From NCBI RefSeq assembly GCF_031179285.1, contig NZ_JAPSHY010000008.1:69959-133958 (forward strand): DNA of 64,000 nt, written 5' to 3'. The notes under the pieces are model-generated. The model made no database searches. It worked only from the letters and a program-made list of their open reading frames with translations, and was not told the DNA's origin. The translations under genes were made by a program, and so were the position numbers. Positions 22,749 to 34,162 of the stretch are shown piece after piece. This DNA is from Microbacterium sp. (GTDB lineage: Bacteria > Actinomycetota > Actinomycetes > Actinomycetales > Microbacteriaceae). How positions within the stretch are numbered: the first letter of the stretch is position 1; each line of letters begins with the position of its first letter.

Positions 22749-23066
22749 ATGACGGGATACCGTTCCGACGTACCGGAGAACTGGTTCGTCGATCCGATCA
22801 ACCTCGGAGTTCCTGGGGTGCGGAGAGTCGAAGCCGACGACGACAATGCGCTCGCCTGGCAGACCGATGCTCTGTGCTCGCAGACCGACCCCGAGGCCTT
22901 CTTCCCGGAGAAGGGCGGATCGACCCGCGACGCGAAGCGGATCTGCACGTCGTGCGACGTCCGCGGCGAGTGCCTCGAGTACGCACTGAACAACGACGAG
23001 CGCTTCGGGATCTGGGGCGGCCTGTCCGAGCGCGAACGCCGCAAGCTCAAGCGTCGCGCCAGCTGA
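22749..23066 (+). CDS. whiB2: WhiB2 (WhmD/WhiB) Fe-S transcription factor
   Basis: LCSQTDPEAFFPEKGGSTRDAKRICTSCDVRGECLEYAL..DERFGIWGGLSERERR. Confidence 0.95.
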   Translation: MTGYRSDVPENWFVDPINLGVPGVRRVEADDDNALAWQTDALCSQTDPEAFFPEKGGSTRDAKRICTSCDVRGECLEYALNNDERFGIWGGLSERERRKLKRRAS

Positions 23067-23237
23067 CCACCGCGCCCACACTCTGTGCCGGTGGCGAGCG
23101 CTCCCCTCTGCGGCATCGCCGCTCCGTCGCCGTACGCGGAGCAGGGGTGAGCGGCCGGCTCCTGGGCGCACAGCTTCGCAGGCGCGCCGCGTACGCTCCT
23201 GCACCGGGGTGCCGCTCCCGCTTAGGCTGACCACGCC

Positions 23238-26200
23238 ATGCCAGCCCGAGTTCATGCCATCATCGTCGCGCGCCCCGGAGCCACAGCCCGAGCGCAACTG
23301 CTCCGAACGCTCGATGCGCTGCGGACCCAGAGCACCCCGCCCGCCGCGATCACACTGGTGATGTGCGGCAGCGCGGCCAGCGCCCGAGAGAGCGAGACGG
23401 TCGCGAACACGGTCGAAGGGATCATCGAGGCCCGCAGCAGCACCTCGTTCGCCGAGGCCGTGGAACTCGCGCGCCCCCGCGTGGCAGAGGGCAGTGCGAT
23501 CTGGCTGCTGACACACGACACCGCGCCGCACCCCCGTGCCCTCGAGCGGCTCACGGGAACCCTCGAGCGCTCGCCCTCGGCGGCGATGGTCGCGCCGAAG
23601 CTCGTGGACGCCGACGACGATCGCATGATCGCCTCGCTCGGCGTGAGCATGACCACGCTCGGCCGATCCGTCGAACTCGCAGCGGGAGAACTCGACCAGG
23701 GCCAGCACGACGCGGCCGACGATGCACTCGGCGCGGATGTCCGCGGCCTCCTGATCCGTTCCGAGGTGCGCGACGCGCTGCGGCCAGACTCCGCGCTCGC
23801 CGGAGCCGACGAGGGGCTCGATCTCGGCGTCCGCGCGCGCCTCGGCGGTGGCCGGGTCGTGCTCGCGCCGTCGGCGCGCGTCTCCGTGCACCCCGACGGT
23901 CCGGCAGCGCTCCCTCGCAGCCGGTCCCGCCGCGCGTACGTCACCCGGCTCGCGCAGCTGCACCGGCGCCTCGCATACGCCCCCGCGATCGCTCTTCCGC
24001 TGCACTGGCTGACGCTGCTGCCGCTGGCGCTCTGGCGCTCGATCACCGACCTGATCGGCAAACGCCCCGAATCCGTGTTCTCGGAATGGGGAGCGGCTCT
24101 GACGGCGATGGTCAGGTTCGGAGCCGTCGCGCGATCTCGGCGGCACATCAAAGCCTTCCGCACATCGAGCTGGGCGAGCATCGCGCCACTGCGCGTCTCC
24201 CGCTCACAGCTGCGCCGTCGACTCGACGACGGCCACGGCAGCGAGGGCGGCGCGGCGAGCGAGCTCCGGTTCTTCTCGGGCGGCGGTGCATGGACGGTGC
24301 TCGCAGCGCTCGCCGTCAGCGTCGGCGCATTCACCGCATTGCTCGCATGGCCCGTCCTCGGCGGCGGCGGCCTGCTGCCGCTGAGGGAGACGGTCACCGC
24401 GCTCTGGCAGGATGCCGCGTGGGGTGTGCGCGGGCTCGGCGTCGACGTCATCGGCCCCGCCGACCCGTTCGCCGGCGTCCTCGCGGTCCTCGGATCGCTC
24501 TGGCCCGCCGGTCCGTCGTTCGCGCTCGTGCTGCTGTGGGTGCTCGCGCTGCCCCTCGCCGTGCTCGGCGGCTGGTTCGCGGCGACGAGAGTGAGCGACC
24601 GCGCAGGCCTGCGGATCTTCGCCGGCATCGCGTGGGCGCTCGCGCCCACGTTCCTCACCGCCCTCGTCGACGGACGCCCCGCCGCGGTGATGGTGCATCT
24701 TCTGCTGCCGTGGCTGTTCCACACCGCCGTGGTCGCTCATCGCTCGTGGGGGGCCGCCGGAGCGGCATCCCTGCTGTTCGGTGCGGTTCTCGCGTGCGCG
24801 CCGTCGCTGGCGCCCGCGCTGGTGCTGCTGTGGGTCGTCGCGCTCGGCTTCGTCCTCAGCACCGCTCGCATCCGCGGCGCCGCACGGCTGCTCTGGATCC
24901 CGGTGCCGGCGGTGGCGCTGTTCGCTCCGCTCGTGGCGTGGCAGGTGCAGCACGGGAGCGCCTGGGCGCTCCTGGGCGACCCGGGGTTGATCTGGGCAGG
25001 CCCCCAGGCCACAGCGGATGCCGCCGGGCGTCTCGCCCTCGCCACGGGGTTTCCGACATCCGACCTGGCGGGATGGATGTCCCTCGCCGAACGCGCCCCG
25101 ATCGCCGTCTGGGCGCCGCTGCTGTGCGCACCGCTGGCACTGCTCGCGCTCGCGTCCGCGGTGTCGCCCCGCTGGCGAGCAGGGATCACCCTTCTCGTCG
25201 TGTCTCTTGCCGGCCTCGCCACCGCATTCATGGCGGTCGGAGTGCAGGTGAGTTTCTCGCAGGGGATTCCGGTGGCGATCTGGCCGGGCGCCGGGCTCAG
25301 CCTCGCCTGGATCGGGGTGGTGGGAGCGGCCCTCGTCACCCTCGACACGGCAGTCACGCTGCCACGACTGCGGCTGCTTGCGACCGCGGCCTCCGGGCTC
25401 GCCCTCGCGGTCTGTGCGCTCCCCGCCCTCACCGCGTTCCACGCGGATCGCTCGCTTCTCACCGACGGACCTCGGTCGACTCTTCCCGCCTACGTCGCAG
25501 CACTCGCAGCCGGCGATCGCGAGATCGGGACGCTGGTGCTGACGCCTCAGAACGACGGCGGTCTCGCCGCCGAGGTGGCGTGGGGGACGAGTGAGACCCT
25601 CGGGGCGCAGACGACGATGCTCTCGACGGCGACCGAGATCCGGGGAGCGGACATCACCTCTCTCGCTGTCGATCTGCTCTCGGCACGCGATTTCGATGCA
25701 CCGGGAGAACTCGCAGCTCACGGCATCAGCCACGTGCTGCTCGCCGAGGTGCCCGGCGGCGAGAGCGACAGGGCGCGCAGCTTCCGCACCGCCGCTGTCA
25801 CCTCCCTCGATCAGCGGGCGGGGTTCCTGCCGGCGGGGACGACAGATAGAGGGATGCTCTGGCGCCTCGAGGCCGAGACGTCGCCACGGGCTGCGATGTC
25901 GCCGGGCGAGACCGCGACGGCGCGACTGTTCATCACCCTGCAGCTGGTCGCCGTGTTCGCGGCGCTGCTGTTGTCCATTCCGACCAGAGCGTCGCGGCGC
26001 GCATCGCGAGCGCTGTCGCGCGTCGTCGGGCGTGCGCCCGACGAGCCGTTGGTGCTGCCGCGTCAGGCGGAGGAGTTCGACGAACCGATCGTCGGAGGCA
26101 CGGCTCATGACGCCGGCGCCGCGGAGGACGACATCGTGACGGGCCAGGGCATCGACGACGCGCGCGACGAACCCGAAGACGTCGAGCACCCGATCGCCCC

Positions 26201-26384
26201 GGCAGACACCGAAGCGGTCGAGTCCGGCGAAGCGCCGGGATCCGACGACGCGCTGGAGTCCGCCGAAGCGGTCGAGTCCGACGAGGTGCCGGAATCCGAG
26301 GTGGCGCCGGCACCCGAGGACGATCGCGACACCGGCGAGGTGCGTGCCGCCGCTGCGACGCAACCCACCGAGGAGGATCGATGA
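23238..26384 (+). CDS. Large GT2-like domain plus multi-pass membrane protein with an acidic C-terminal tail
   Basis: N-terminal GT-A-like region (WLLTHD, VAPKL, DLGVRAR), many TM helices, D/E-rich tail; typical position downstream of whiB2. Confidence 0.8.
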   Translation: MPARVHAIIVARPGATARAQLLRTLDALRTQSTPPAAITLVMCGSAASARESETVANTVEGIIEARSSTSFAEAVELARPRVAEGSAIWLLTHDTAPHPRALERLTGTLERSPSAAMVAPKLVDADDDRMIASLGVSMTTLGRSVELAAGELDQGQHDAADDALGADVRGLLIRSEVRDALRPDSALAGADEGLDLGVRARLGGGRVVLAPSARVSVHPDGPAALPRSRSRRAYVTRLAQLHRRLAYAPAIALPLHWLTLLPLALWRSITDLIGKRPESVFSEWGAALTAMVRFGAVARSRRHIKAFRTSSWASIAPLRVSRSQLRRRLDDGHGSEGGAASELRFFSGGGAWTVLAALAVSVGAFTALLAWPVLGGGGLLPLRETVTALWQDAAWGVRGLGVDVIGPADPFAGVLAVLGSLWPAGPSFALVLLWVLALPLAVLGGWFAATRVSDRAGLRIFAGIAWALAPTFLTALVDGRPAAVMVHLLLPWLFHTAVVAHRSWGAAGAASLLFGAVLACAPSLAPALVLLWVVALGFVLSTARIRGAARLLWIPVPAVALFAPLVAWQVQHGSAWALLGDPGLIWAGPQATADAAGRLALATGFPTSDLAGWMSLAERAPIAVWAPLLCAPLALLALASAVSPRWRAGITLLVVSLAGLATAFMAVGVQVSFSQGIPVAIWPGAGLSLAWIGVVGAALVTLDTAVTLPRLRLLATAASGLALAVCALPALTAFHADRSLLTDGPRSTLPAYVAALAAGDREIGTLVLTPQNDGGLAAEVAWGTSETLGAQTTMLSTATEIRGADITSLAVDLLSARDFDAPGELAAHGISHVLLAEVPGGESDRARSFRTAAVTSLDQRAGFLPAGTTDRGMLWRLEAETSPRAAMSPGETATARLFITLQLVAVFAALLLSIPTRASRRASRALSRVVGRAPDEPLVLPRQAEEFDEPIVGGTAHDAGAAEDDIVTGQGIDDARDEPEDVEHPIAPADTEAVESGEAPGSDDALESAEAVESDEVPESEVAPAPEDDRDTGEVRAAAATQPTEEDR

Positions 26385-27763
26385 GTGCGAAACGTGCTTT
26401 CCGTGTCGCCGCGACGAGCGCCCGCGTTCTGACGGGTGCCGCGGTGGCCGCTGCCTGCGTCGTCGGCGTGATCGCGGCGATCGCCGCCCCGTGGCCGACG
26501 GTGACGAACTCTCCCGCTCAGGCGCAGGTCACGCCGCTTCCCGGTGACACGATGCAGGTGTGCGGGGGAGACTTCCGGGCCATCGGGCGCTTCCCCGCGG
26601 ATCCGCTCAGGATGGTGTCCGCCGGCGAACCCGAACTGACAGCGGGCACCTCGGCCGGTGAGCCGCAGTCCGCGTCGTTGTCGATGGCAGGGCTCGAGGA
26701 CTCGGGCGAACTGACCGCGCTCACCGGCGCCGTCGAAGGCAGAAGCGCTCCCTTGATCGGCGCCGCCGAATCCCTCTCCATCGCTGCCGACGATCTCGCC
26801 GGTTTCGCCTCAGCACCGTGCCGCGAGCCTCGTACCGAGTCGTGGCTGGTCGGCGGCAGCGTCGCCACGGGCTCGGAAGATCTCGTGATCCTCACCAACC
26901 CGGGCGAGGTGAATGCGACCGTCACCCTGACGGTGTTCGGCGACAGCCTCAGTTCCAGCAACGTCGTGGTGCCGGCCGCGACCCAGGTCGCTCTGCCGCT
27001 CACCTCCATCGCGCCGGGGAATCAGGCACCGGTGGTCGGTGTGACCTCGGTCGGCTCACCGGTTCGCGCAATGCTCCAGTCGGTGCTGACCCGCACGCTC
27101 GACCCAGCGGGCATCGACCTCCAGGACTCGGTCGCCGGGCCTCAGCAGCACCCGGTGATTCCGGGCGTGCAGGTCTTCTCGAGCGCCGGAGACGATTCTG
27201 AGATGACCGTTCTGCGCATGCTCGCCCCGGAAGCCGGCACCGAGGCGAAGGTCGTGGTCAAACCGGTGGGGGAATCCGCCGTCGCCACCGAGTTCGCGGT
27301 GCCGCTGACCGCTGACCTGCCGACGCAGGTGTCGCTCGGCAGCCTGCCCGCCGGCGCCTACACTGTCGAAGTCGATGCCGGCGAGCCGATTCTCGCCGCG
27401 GTGAGGCAGCAGGACGGTGTCGGCCGCGGCACCGATTTCGCGTGGGCGATGCCGGCGCCGGAGATCGATACGGAAGTTCTCGTCGCGGTTCCCGCGGGTC
27501 CCGCCCCCACCATGCAGTTCGCAGGGGCGCCGGACGCGCAGGCGACGGTCGTCGTCGAACCGCTCGACGGCGGTGACGTGCAGACGATCACCGTGCCGGC
27601 GGGCGAGTCCGTCGCCGTCGCCGTCGAGGCGGACACCGTCTATACGGTGCGCCCGTCCGGAGTCGTGCATGCGGCGCTGACGATGAGCGCCGCGGGTGCC
27701 CTCTCCGCGTGGCCGGTATGGCCGCCGGCGGGCGCGGGGGACACCGTCACGGTCTATCCCTGA
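26381..27763 (+). CDS. DUF5719-type membrane-anchored secreted protein
   Basis: N-terminal TM helix; C...W..GG....G....L.L.NPG motif; overlaps the upstream stop. Confidence 0.75.
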   Translation: MSAKRAFRVAATSARVLTGAAVAAACVVGVIAAIAAPWPTVTNSPAQAQVTPLPGDTMQVCGGDFRAIGRFPADPLRMVSAGEPELTAGTSAGEPQSASLSMAGLEDSGELTALTGAVEGRSAPLIGAAESLSIAADDLAGFASAPCREPRTESWLVGGSVATGSEDLVILTNPGEVNATVTLTVFGDSLSSSNVVVPAATQVALPLTSIAPGNQAPVVGVTSVGSPVRAMLQSVLTRTLDPAGIDLQDSVAGPQQHPVIPGVQVFSSAGDDSEMTVLRMLAPEAGTEAKVVVKPVGESAVATEFAVPLTADLPTQVSLGSLPAGAYTVEVDAGEPILAAVRQQDGVGRGTDFAWAMPAPEIDTEVLVAVPAGPAPTMQFAGAPDAQATVVVEPLDGGDVQTITVPAGESVAVAVEADTVYTVRPSGVVHAALTMSAAGALSAWPVWPPAGAGDTVTVYP

Positions 27764-27805
27764 GGCCGCTTCGATGAGGGCGCCCGGGCCGCGGCCCGGA
27801 CGGAC

Positions 27806-28234
27806 TCAGTGATCGTGACCGAGATCCCACGGCTCGCGGCCGACGTACTCCGCCGCGGCGCGGAAGACAGCGCTCTCGATGGCCATCCGCCGATGCGCCC
27901 CGTCATCATGCCCCGGGGGAAGCAGCCGTTCGATCGGCAGGCGGAAGAGCACGATCCGGCGCGCCTCGCGATCGATGAACCAGCGCGGTACCTGGTCGGT
28001 CGCGTCGTAGCCGGGCATGGCGCCGATCTCGAAACGCACCTCCTGCAGCTCGGGCCAGGTGCCGCGGAGAAACTCGACGGCCGTTCCCACGGTCAGATCG
28101 AACCGGTCGATCCGGGCCTCCAGCGGTGCGAGCGGAGGACGCACGACCTCGCTGCGGCCGAGACGGCCGTGGCGGCCGTGGCGCGCACCGCGGCGCGGTG
28201 CTGCAGAGGCGCGAACGGTGCGGCGACGAGGCAT
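27806..28234 (-). CDS. Zincin-like metallopeptidase family protein (Rv3259-like)
   Basis: RHGRHGR.GRS...PP.., RIVLFRLPIERL; conserved neighbour of whiB2 and DUF3499. Confidence 0.75.
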   Translation of the reverse strand: MPRRRTVRASAAPRRGARHGRHGRLGRSEVVRPPLAPLEARIDRFDLTVGTAVEFLRGTWPELQEVRFEIGAMPGYDATDQVPRWFIDREARRIVLFRLPIERLLPPGHDDGAHRRMAIESAVFRAAAEYVGREPWDLGHDH

Positions 28235-28312
28235 GACGAAAGTCTAGGCGGTCCTCCCACAGCGCGGCGCGGCATCCGTCCGTCGCCTCTCGCCCCACGT
28301 ACGCTGACGGTG

Positions 28313-28519
28313 ATGGACGGACGACTCTGCTCGAAGGTCGGCTGCGCGCGAGAAGCCGTGGCGACGATCACGTACGACTACGGCGACCAGATGGCGGCCC
28401 TGGGCCCGCTCGGGATCGCCAGTCATCCTCACGCGCACGACCTCTGCTCCCCGCACGCCGACCGGGTGTCGGTGCCTGCCGGCTGGCTCATCGTCCGGCA
28501 CGAGGCTCTGCGCGCCTGA
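28313..28519 (+). CDS. DUF3499 family small Cys/His protein (Rv3258c-like)
   Basis: [20 protein letters not shown]...LGPL...[19 protein letters not shown]. Confidence 0.88.
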   Translation: MDGRLCSKVGCAREAVATITYDYGDQMAALGPLGIASHPHAHDLCSPHADRVSVPAGWLIVRHEALRA

Positions 28520-28626
28520 GCCGTCGAGCGGACGCGGCGCACCGCTCGCGCGGTGCCGACGCTCTCACGCGTCACACTGCGCCTCAGGGTGAGGAACCCG
28601 CACCTCCGGATGCGACAATCGGAACC

Positions 28627-30072
<1,446 letters not shown>

Positions 30073-30082
30073 ACCCACGCTC

Positions 30083-30892
30083 TCACACGCCGACGCGGCG
30101 CCCCGTCAGCTTCTCGGCTCGGCTGTCGGCGTTCAGCAGAGCGCGCCGTTCGCGCTCCCGGCGCAGGACCGTTATGCCCACGAGCACGAGTTCGGGCGAC
30201 GCCTGCGGCATCGGCGAGACGAACGGGGCGGCTTCGGCGAGGAGATCGTGAGCGACCCTCGCACGCGCGGCCGGAGCCATCCGGGGGGCCGACTGCAGGA
30301 ACTGCGATATGCGCCTCGCGAGCCGATCCGGTAGACGGGCGACGTCGGCGATCTGCGCCCAGCCGGCGAGGGCCGGGGGCAGCTGCGGCACGTGGGACAC
30401 GAGCTTCGGAGTGCGGACGCGCTGCGAGTAGGTGCCGGCGACCATGTCGCCGAGTCGCTGCGAGCGGGAGTTGAAGGCGCCCGCGAGCACGGCGATCCCG
30501 CCGAGGGTCATATAGATCTCCAGCACTCCCAGAAGCGCCCGGATGAACGCGTGGCGGAAGCCGGCCGCGCCGCCGTCGACGCGCACGATACGGCCCCCGA
30601 CCGCGAGCTTGCCGAGGCTGCGTCCCTTCAGCGCCACCTCCATCGCGATCGGCAGGATCACGAAGCTCACCACGAGAGCGGTGACGGTCGCGATCCGGTC
30701 GGTCGCCTCGTCGAGGATCCCGGCGTCGAGAAGCCAGATGCGCAGGAAGATCCACAGGATGAAGAGCGCGAAGCCCAGGAGCATGTCGATGATCGCCCCG
30801 ACCGCGCGCAGCAGGAAGCCGATCGGCTGCACATCGATGGCGACCGCTTCACCGGAGAGCACTTCATCGGAGGGGTCGATCGAGGCGGACAT
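30083..30892 (-). CDS. RDD family membrane protein
   Basis: SGEAVAID, RAVGAIID, GRSLGKLAVG, QRLGDMVAGT. Confidence 0.88.
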   Translation of the reverse strand: MSASIDPSDEVLSGEAVAIDVQPIGFLLRAVGAIIDMLLGFALFILWIFLRIWLLDAGILDEATDRIATVTALVVSFVILPIAMEVALKGRSLGKLAVGGRIVRVDGGAAGFRHAFIRALLGVLEIYMTLGGIAVLAGAFNSRSQRLGDMVAGTYSQRVRTPKLVSHVPQLPPALAGWAQIADVARLPDRLARRISQFLQSAPRMAPAARARVAHDLLAEAAPFVSPMPQASPELVLVGITVLRRERERRALLNADSRAEKLTGRRVGV

Positions 30893-30908
30893 GAGTACAG
30901 TAAATCAG

Positions 30909-31901
30909 GTGGATGCCGATGCGCTCAGCGATGCCCGCCGCCCCGAGTGGGAGCGGCTGGAGCAGTTGAGCCGCGCGCGCCTGGACGGTGCCGGAGTCGA
31001 CGAGCTCATCGTCCGCTATCGTGCGGCGTCGGCGGATCTCGCCGAGCTGAAGACCTCGGTCGGTGAGACGCCGCAGGGCGCGTATCTGTCGACCATCCTC
31101 GTGCGTGCGCGGCTGCGGCTCACCGGCGCCTCGGACAACGTGCTCACACAGCTCGCGCGGTTCTTCTCACAGCAGCTGCCGGCAGCCCTTTACCATCTGC
31201 GCTGGACCACGGCGGTGATCGCTGCGGTGTTCCTCGTGATCGCGGTGGGAACCGCCGCCTGGATCGCCGGCGACCCCGAGCTGGTCGCGACGCTCGGTCC
31301 GCCCGATCTGCTGGAGCAGTACGCCGACGAGAGCTTCACCGGCTACTACACCGAGAACCCAGCGGCGGTCTTCGCCGGGATGGTGTGGACCAACAACGCC
31401 TGGATCGCCGCGCAGTGCGTGCTCTTCGGCGTCACCGGGCTGTGGCCGGTCTACATGATCGTCCAGAACGCGATGGGTCTCGGCATGAGCGGAGCGGTGA
31501 TGGCCGCCCACGATCGTGCGGACGTCATGATCCTCTACATCCTCCCGCACGGGATGCTGGAGCTGACCTGCATCTTCGTCGCCGCTGCCGCGGGCCTTCA
31601 CGTCTTCTGGTCATGGGTGGCGCCGGGGCACCGCACCAGGGGCGAGTCTCTGGCGCGCGAGGGGCGCTCGCTGGCGACGGTCGCGATCGGGCTGATCTTC
31701 GCCCTCTTCCTCGCGGGACTCGTCGAGGGCTTCGTCACCGGATGGGCGCTGCCGTGGCCGGTCAAGATCGGCATCGGTGCAGCGGCGCTCGCCGTCTTCC
31801 TCATCTACATGCTGGTCGTCGGCGGACGCGCGTATCGCCGCGGCGAGCGGGGCGACCTCGTCGAGTACGAGGCGGGAACCTCTCGCCTCGTCGCCGGCTG
31901 A
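30909..31901 (+). CDS. SpoIIM/DUF95 family membrane protein
   Basis: WERLE.L, YR.ASADLA, WTNNAWIAAQC, ILPHGMLELT, VEGFVT. Confidence 0.88.
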   Translation: MDADALSDARRPEWERLEQLSRARLDGAGVDELIVRYRAASADLAELKTSVGETPQGAYLSTILVRARLRLTGASDNVLTQLARFFSQQLPAALYHLRWTTAVIAAVFLVIAVGTAAWIAGDPELVATLGPPDLLEQYADESFTGYYTENPAAVFAGMVWTNNAWIAAQCVLFGVTGLWPVYMIVQNAMGLGMSGAVMAAHDRADVMILYILPHGMLELTCIFVAAAAGLHVFWSWVAPGHRTRGESLAREGRSLATVAIGLIFALFLAGLVEGFVTGWALPWPVKIGIGAAALAVFLIYMLVVGGRAYRRGERGDLVEYEAGTSRLVAG

Positions 31902-31919
31902 CCGGAGAGACCCGGCGGG

Positions 31920-32702
31920 TCAGGCCCGAGTCGCGCCCGTCAACGTCGGCTTGCTCACCCCGTCGAACATCGCCGTGTATGCGAAGCCGGCGATGAGCGC
32001 GCCGATGACGGGGAACACCAGGAAGACCCAGAGCTGAGCGAGCGCATCGGTGTTGCCGTAGACGGCGGTCGCGATGGAGCGAGCGGGGTTCACCGAGGCG
32101 TTGTCGATCGGGATGATCGCCAGGTGGATGAGGGTCAGTGTGAGACCGATCACCAGTCCGCCGAACGCGTTGCCGCGCTTGGTGTGCGTCACGCCGAGGA
32201 TCACGATGAGGAACACGGCCGTGAACAGGATCTCGACGACGATGGCCGCGCCGAGTCCGAAGCCGCCTGGGGACGCGTCGCCGAATCCGTTGCTCGCAAA
32301 GCCTGCACTGCGCTGCGCCTCGAGCCACCCCTCCGGGCCGAAGAGACCGACGAGGAAGATCAGGGTCGTCGCGACGAGGCCGCCGATGATCTGCGCGATC
32401 ACGTAGCCGGGCACCTCGCGCCAGGGCAGACGCCCGGCGGCGGCGACGCCGACGGTGACGGCCGGATTGAAGTGTCCACCGGAGATGGGGCCGAACGCAT
32501 AGGCACCCGCGACGACGGTGAGACCGACGGCGAGCGACACGCCGAGGAATCCCACCCCCTTGTTGTGTGCGTCCGTCCCCTCGCCGAAACCCGCGGCGAA
32601 CAGAGCGGTGCTGATCACTCCGAGGACGAGGAGGAACGTGCCGACCGCTTCCGCGGTGAGCTTGGCCGAGGTGGACGGCGTTTCCGTACTGGTGTCGGTC
32701 AT
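31920..32702 (-). CDS. aqpZ: Aquaporin Z-like MIP channel
   Basis: Two NPA motifs: SGGHFNPAVT and NASVNPARS. Confidence 0.92.
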   Translation of the reverse strand: MTDTSTETPSTSAKLTAEAVGTFLLVLGVISTALFAAGFGEGTDAHNKGVGFLGVSLAVGLTVVAGAYAFGPISGGHFNPAVTVGVAAAGRLPWREVPGYVIAQIIGGLVATTLIFLVGLFGPEGWLEAQRSAGFASNGFGDASPGGFGLGAAIVVEILFTAVFLIVILGVTHTKRGNAFGGLVIGLTLTLIHLAIIPIDNASVNPARSIATAVYGNTDALAQLWVFLVFPVIGALIAGFAYTAMFDGVSKPTLTGATRA

Positions 32703-32854
32703 GATGGTCTCTCCTTGGGATTGGGAAGGCGAGGCATAGCGCAGAGATGCGGGCTCGCCCAACACCGGAGCATAGGGGACGCCCGGGTCGCTCTCAGGAG
32801 GCCGCGCGGTGCGCCGTCACGCGGCGACACGTGCGTTGCGGCAATCGGTGCGTC

Positions 32855-34162
32855 TCAGAGGCGACCGGCGGCCTTCAGTTCGAGATAGCGGTCCGCGATC
32901 ATCGGGGGCAGCGCCTCGGGGTCGGCGGCGATCGCCTCGCCGCCTGCCCGCCTGATCGCATCGGCCACGTTCTCAGCATCACGGAGTGTGCGCTCCGCGG
33001 CCGCCGCGAGATAGATCTCCTCGCGGGAACCGCGCCGCTGCGCGAGGTCTGCCACCGCATCGTCGGTCACAGAGCCGACGAGAACCGTGGTGGCTCGCGA
33101 GGCGTCGGGGAATGCGCCGAGGAAGCCGCGCGCCGACTCCGCCGCGTCCTGCGCGGTCAGGACCACGATGAGCGACGGTCGGGTGGTGAGCGTGCGCACG
33201 GCCGCGAAGGCCCCATGCCAATCGGTGTCGACGAGGCGCGCGTGCACCGGTGCCATCGCGTCCGTCATCGCGGGCAGGAGAGCGGCGCCGTCGACTCCGG
33301 TCACCCGGCCGCGCACGACCCGGTCGTAGAGAAGCAGATGTACGTGATCGCCCGCCCGAGATGCGAGGGCCGCCAGGAGGAGCGCTGCTTCGAGTGACGC
33401 GTCGACCCTGGTGCCGTCGCCGACGCGGGCCGCGGCCGTGCGCCCGGTGTCGATGATGATGACGACGTGCCTGTCGCGCTCAGGGCGCCAGGTGCGCAGC
33501 ATGGTGGTGCCGGCGCGTGCGGTGGCGCGCCAGTCGATCGAGCGCACATCGTCGCCGCGAACGTACTCGCGCAAGGAATCGAACTCGGTGCCCTGACCGC
33601 GCACCTGGATGCTGGTGTTGCCGTCGAGTTCTCGCAGCCGCGCCAGGCGCGATGGGAGGTGCTTGCGGGAGGAGAAGGCGGGGAGCACACGGATGGCGCC
33701 ACGCACCCGATGGCGCGCCTGCCTGCCGGCGAGGCCGAGGGGGCCCTGCGAGCGGATCATCACGAACTCGCTCACCAGCTCGCCGCGGCGGCGGGGGAGC
33801 AGGGGGATCGCGACGCGGCGGCGTTCGCCGGGCGGGACCGTGAGGCGCTGCCGTTCGCTTCCCGCTCCTGCCGTGGGCTGCCAGGCGTCGCGGATCAGGG
33901 CATGAAGGGTGCGCGGGCCGCGGTTGTGCACGGCGATGCTCACCGGCACCGGTTCGCCGAGCCGCGTTCGGCTCGGCACCCGGCGCGTGACCTCGACGGT
34001 GCGCACATCGGCGGCCAGCGCCACGTCGATGCCGACCAGCAGCGCGCAGAGCCCCACCCATCCTCCGAGCAGCGCATACGGCGGGAAGCCCGCCATCCCG
34101 AAGGCGACGAGCGGGATGACGCCGACGGCGAGAGCTGCGGCGAGGCGGCCGGTGACGAACAC
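32855..34162 (-). CDS. DUF58 (vWA-like) MoxR partner
   Basis: GQGTEFDSLREYVRGDDVRSIDWRATAR, VVIIIDTGR. Confidence 0.92.
   Translation of the reverse strand: MFVTGRLAAALAVGVIPLVAFGMAGFPPYALLGGWVGLCALLVGIDVALAADVRTVEVTRRVPSRTRLGEPVPVSIAVHNRGPRTLHALIRDAWQPTAGAGSERQRLTVPPGERRRVAIPLLPRRRGELVSEFVMIRSQGPLGLAGRQARHRVRGAIRVLPAFSSRKHLPSRLARLRELDGNTSIQVRGQGTEFDSLREYVRGDDVRSIDWRATARAGTTMLRTWRPERDRHVVIIIDTGRTAAARVGDGTRVDASLEAALLLAALASRAGDHVHLLLYDRVVRGRVTGVDGAALLPAMTDAMAPVHARLVDTDWHGAFAAVRTLTTRPSLIVVLTAQDAAESARGFLGAFPDASRATTVLVGSVTDDAVADLAQRRGSREEIYLAAAAERTLRDAENVADAIRRAGGEAIAADPEALPPMIADRYLELKAAGRL

Noticed and set aside
24204-26363. Long antisense or alternative-frame ORFs (e.g. 24204-26363, 38493-40778, 2642-4072, 33467-35191)
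   Set aside because: They shadow well-supported genes, are Arg/Gly/Pro-rich with no motifs, and are expected from stop-codon scarcity at high GC.
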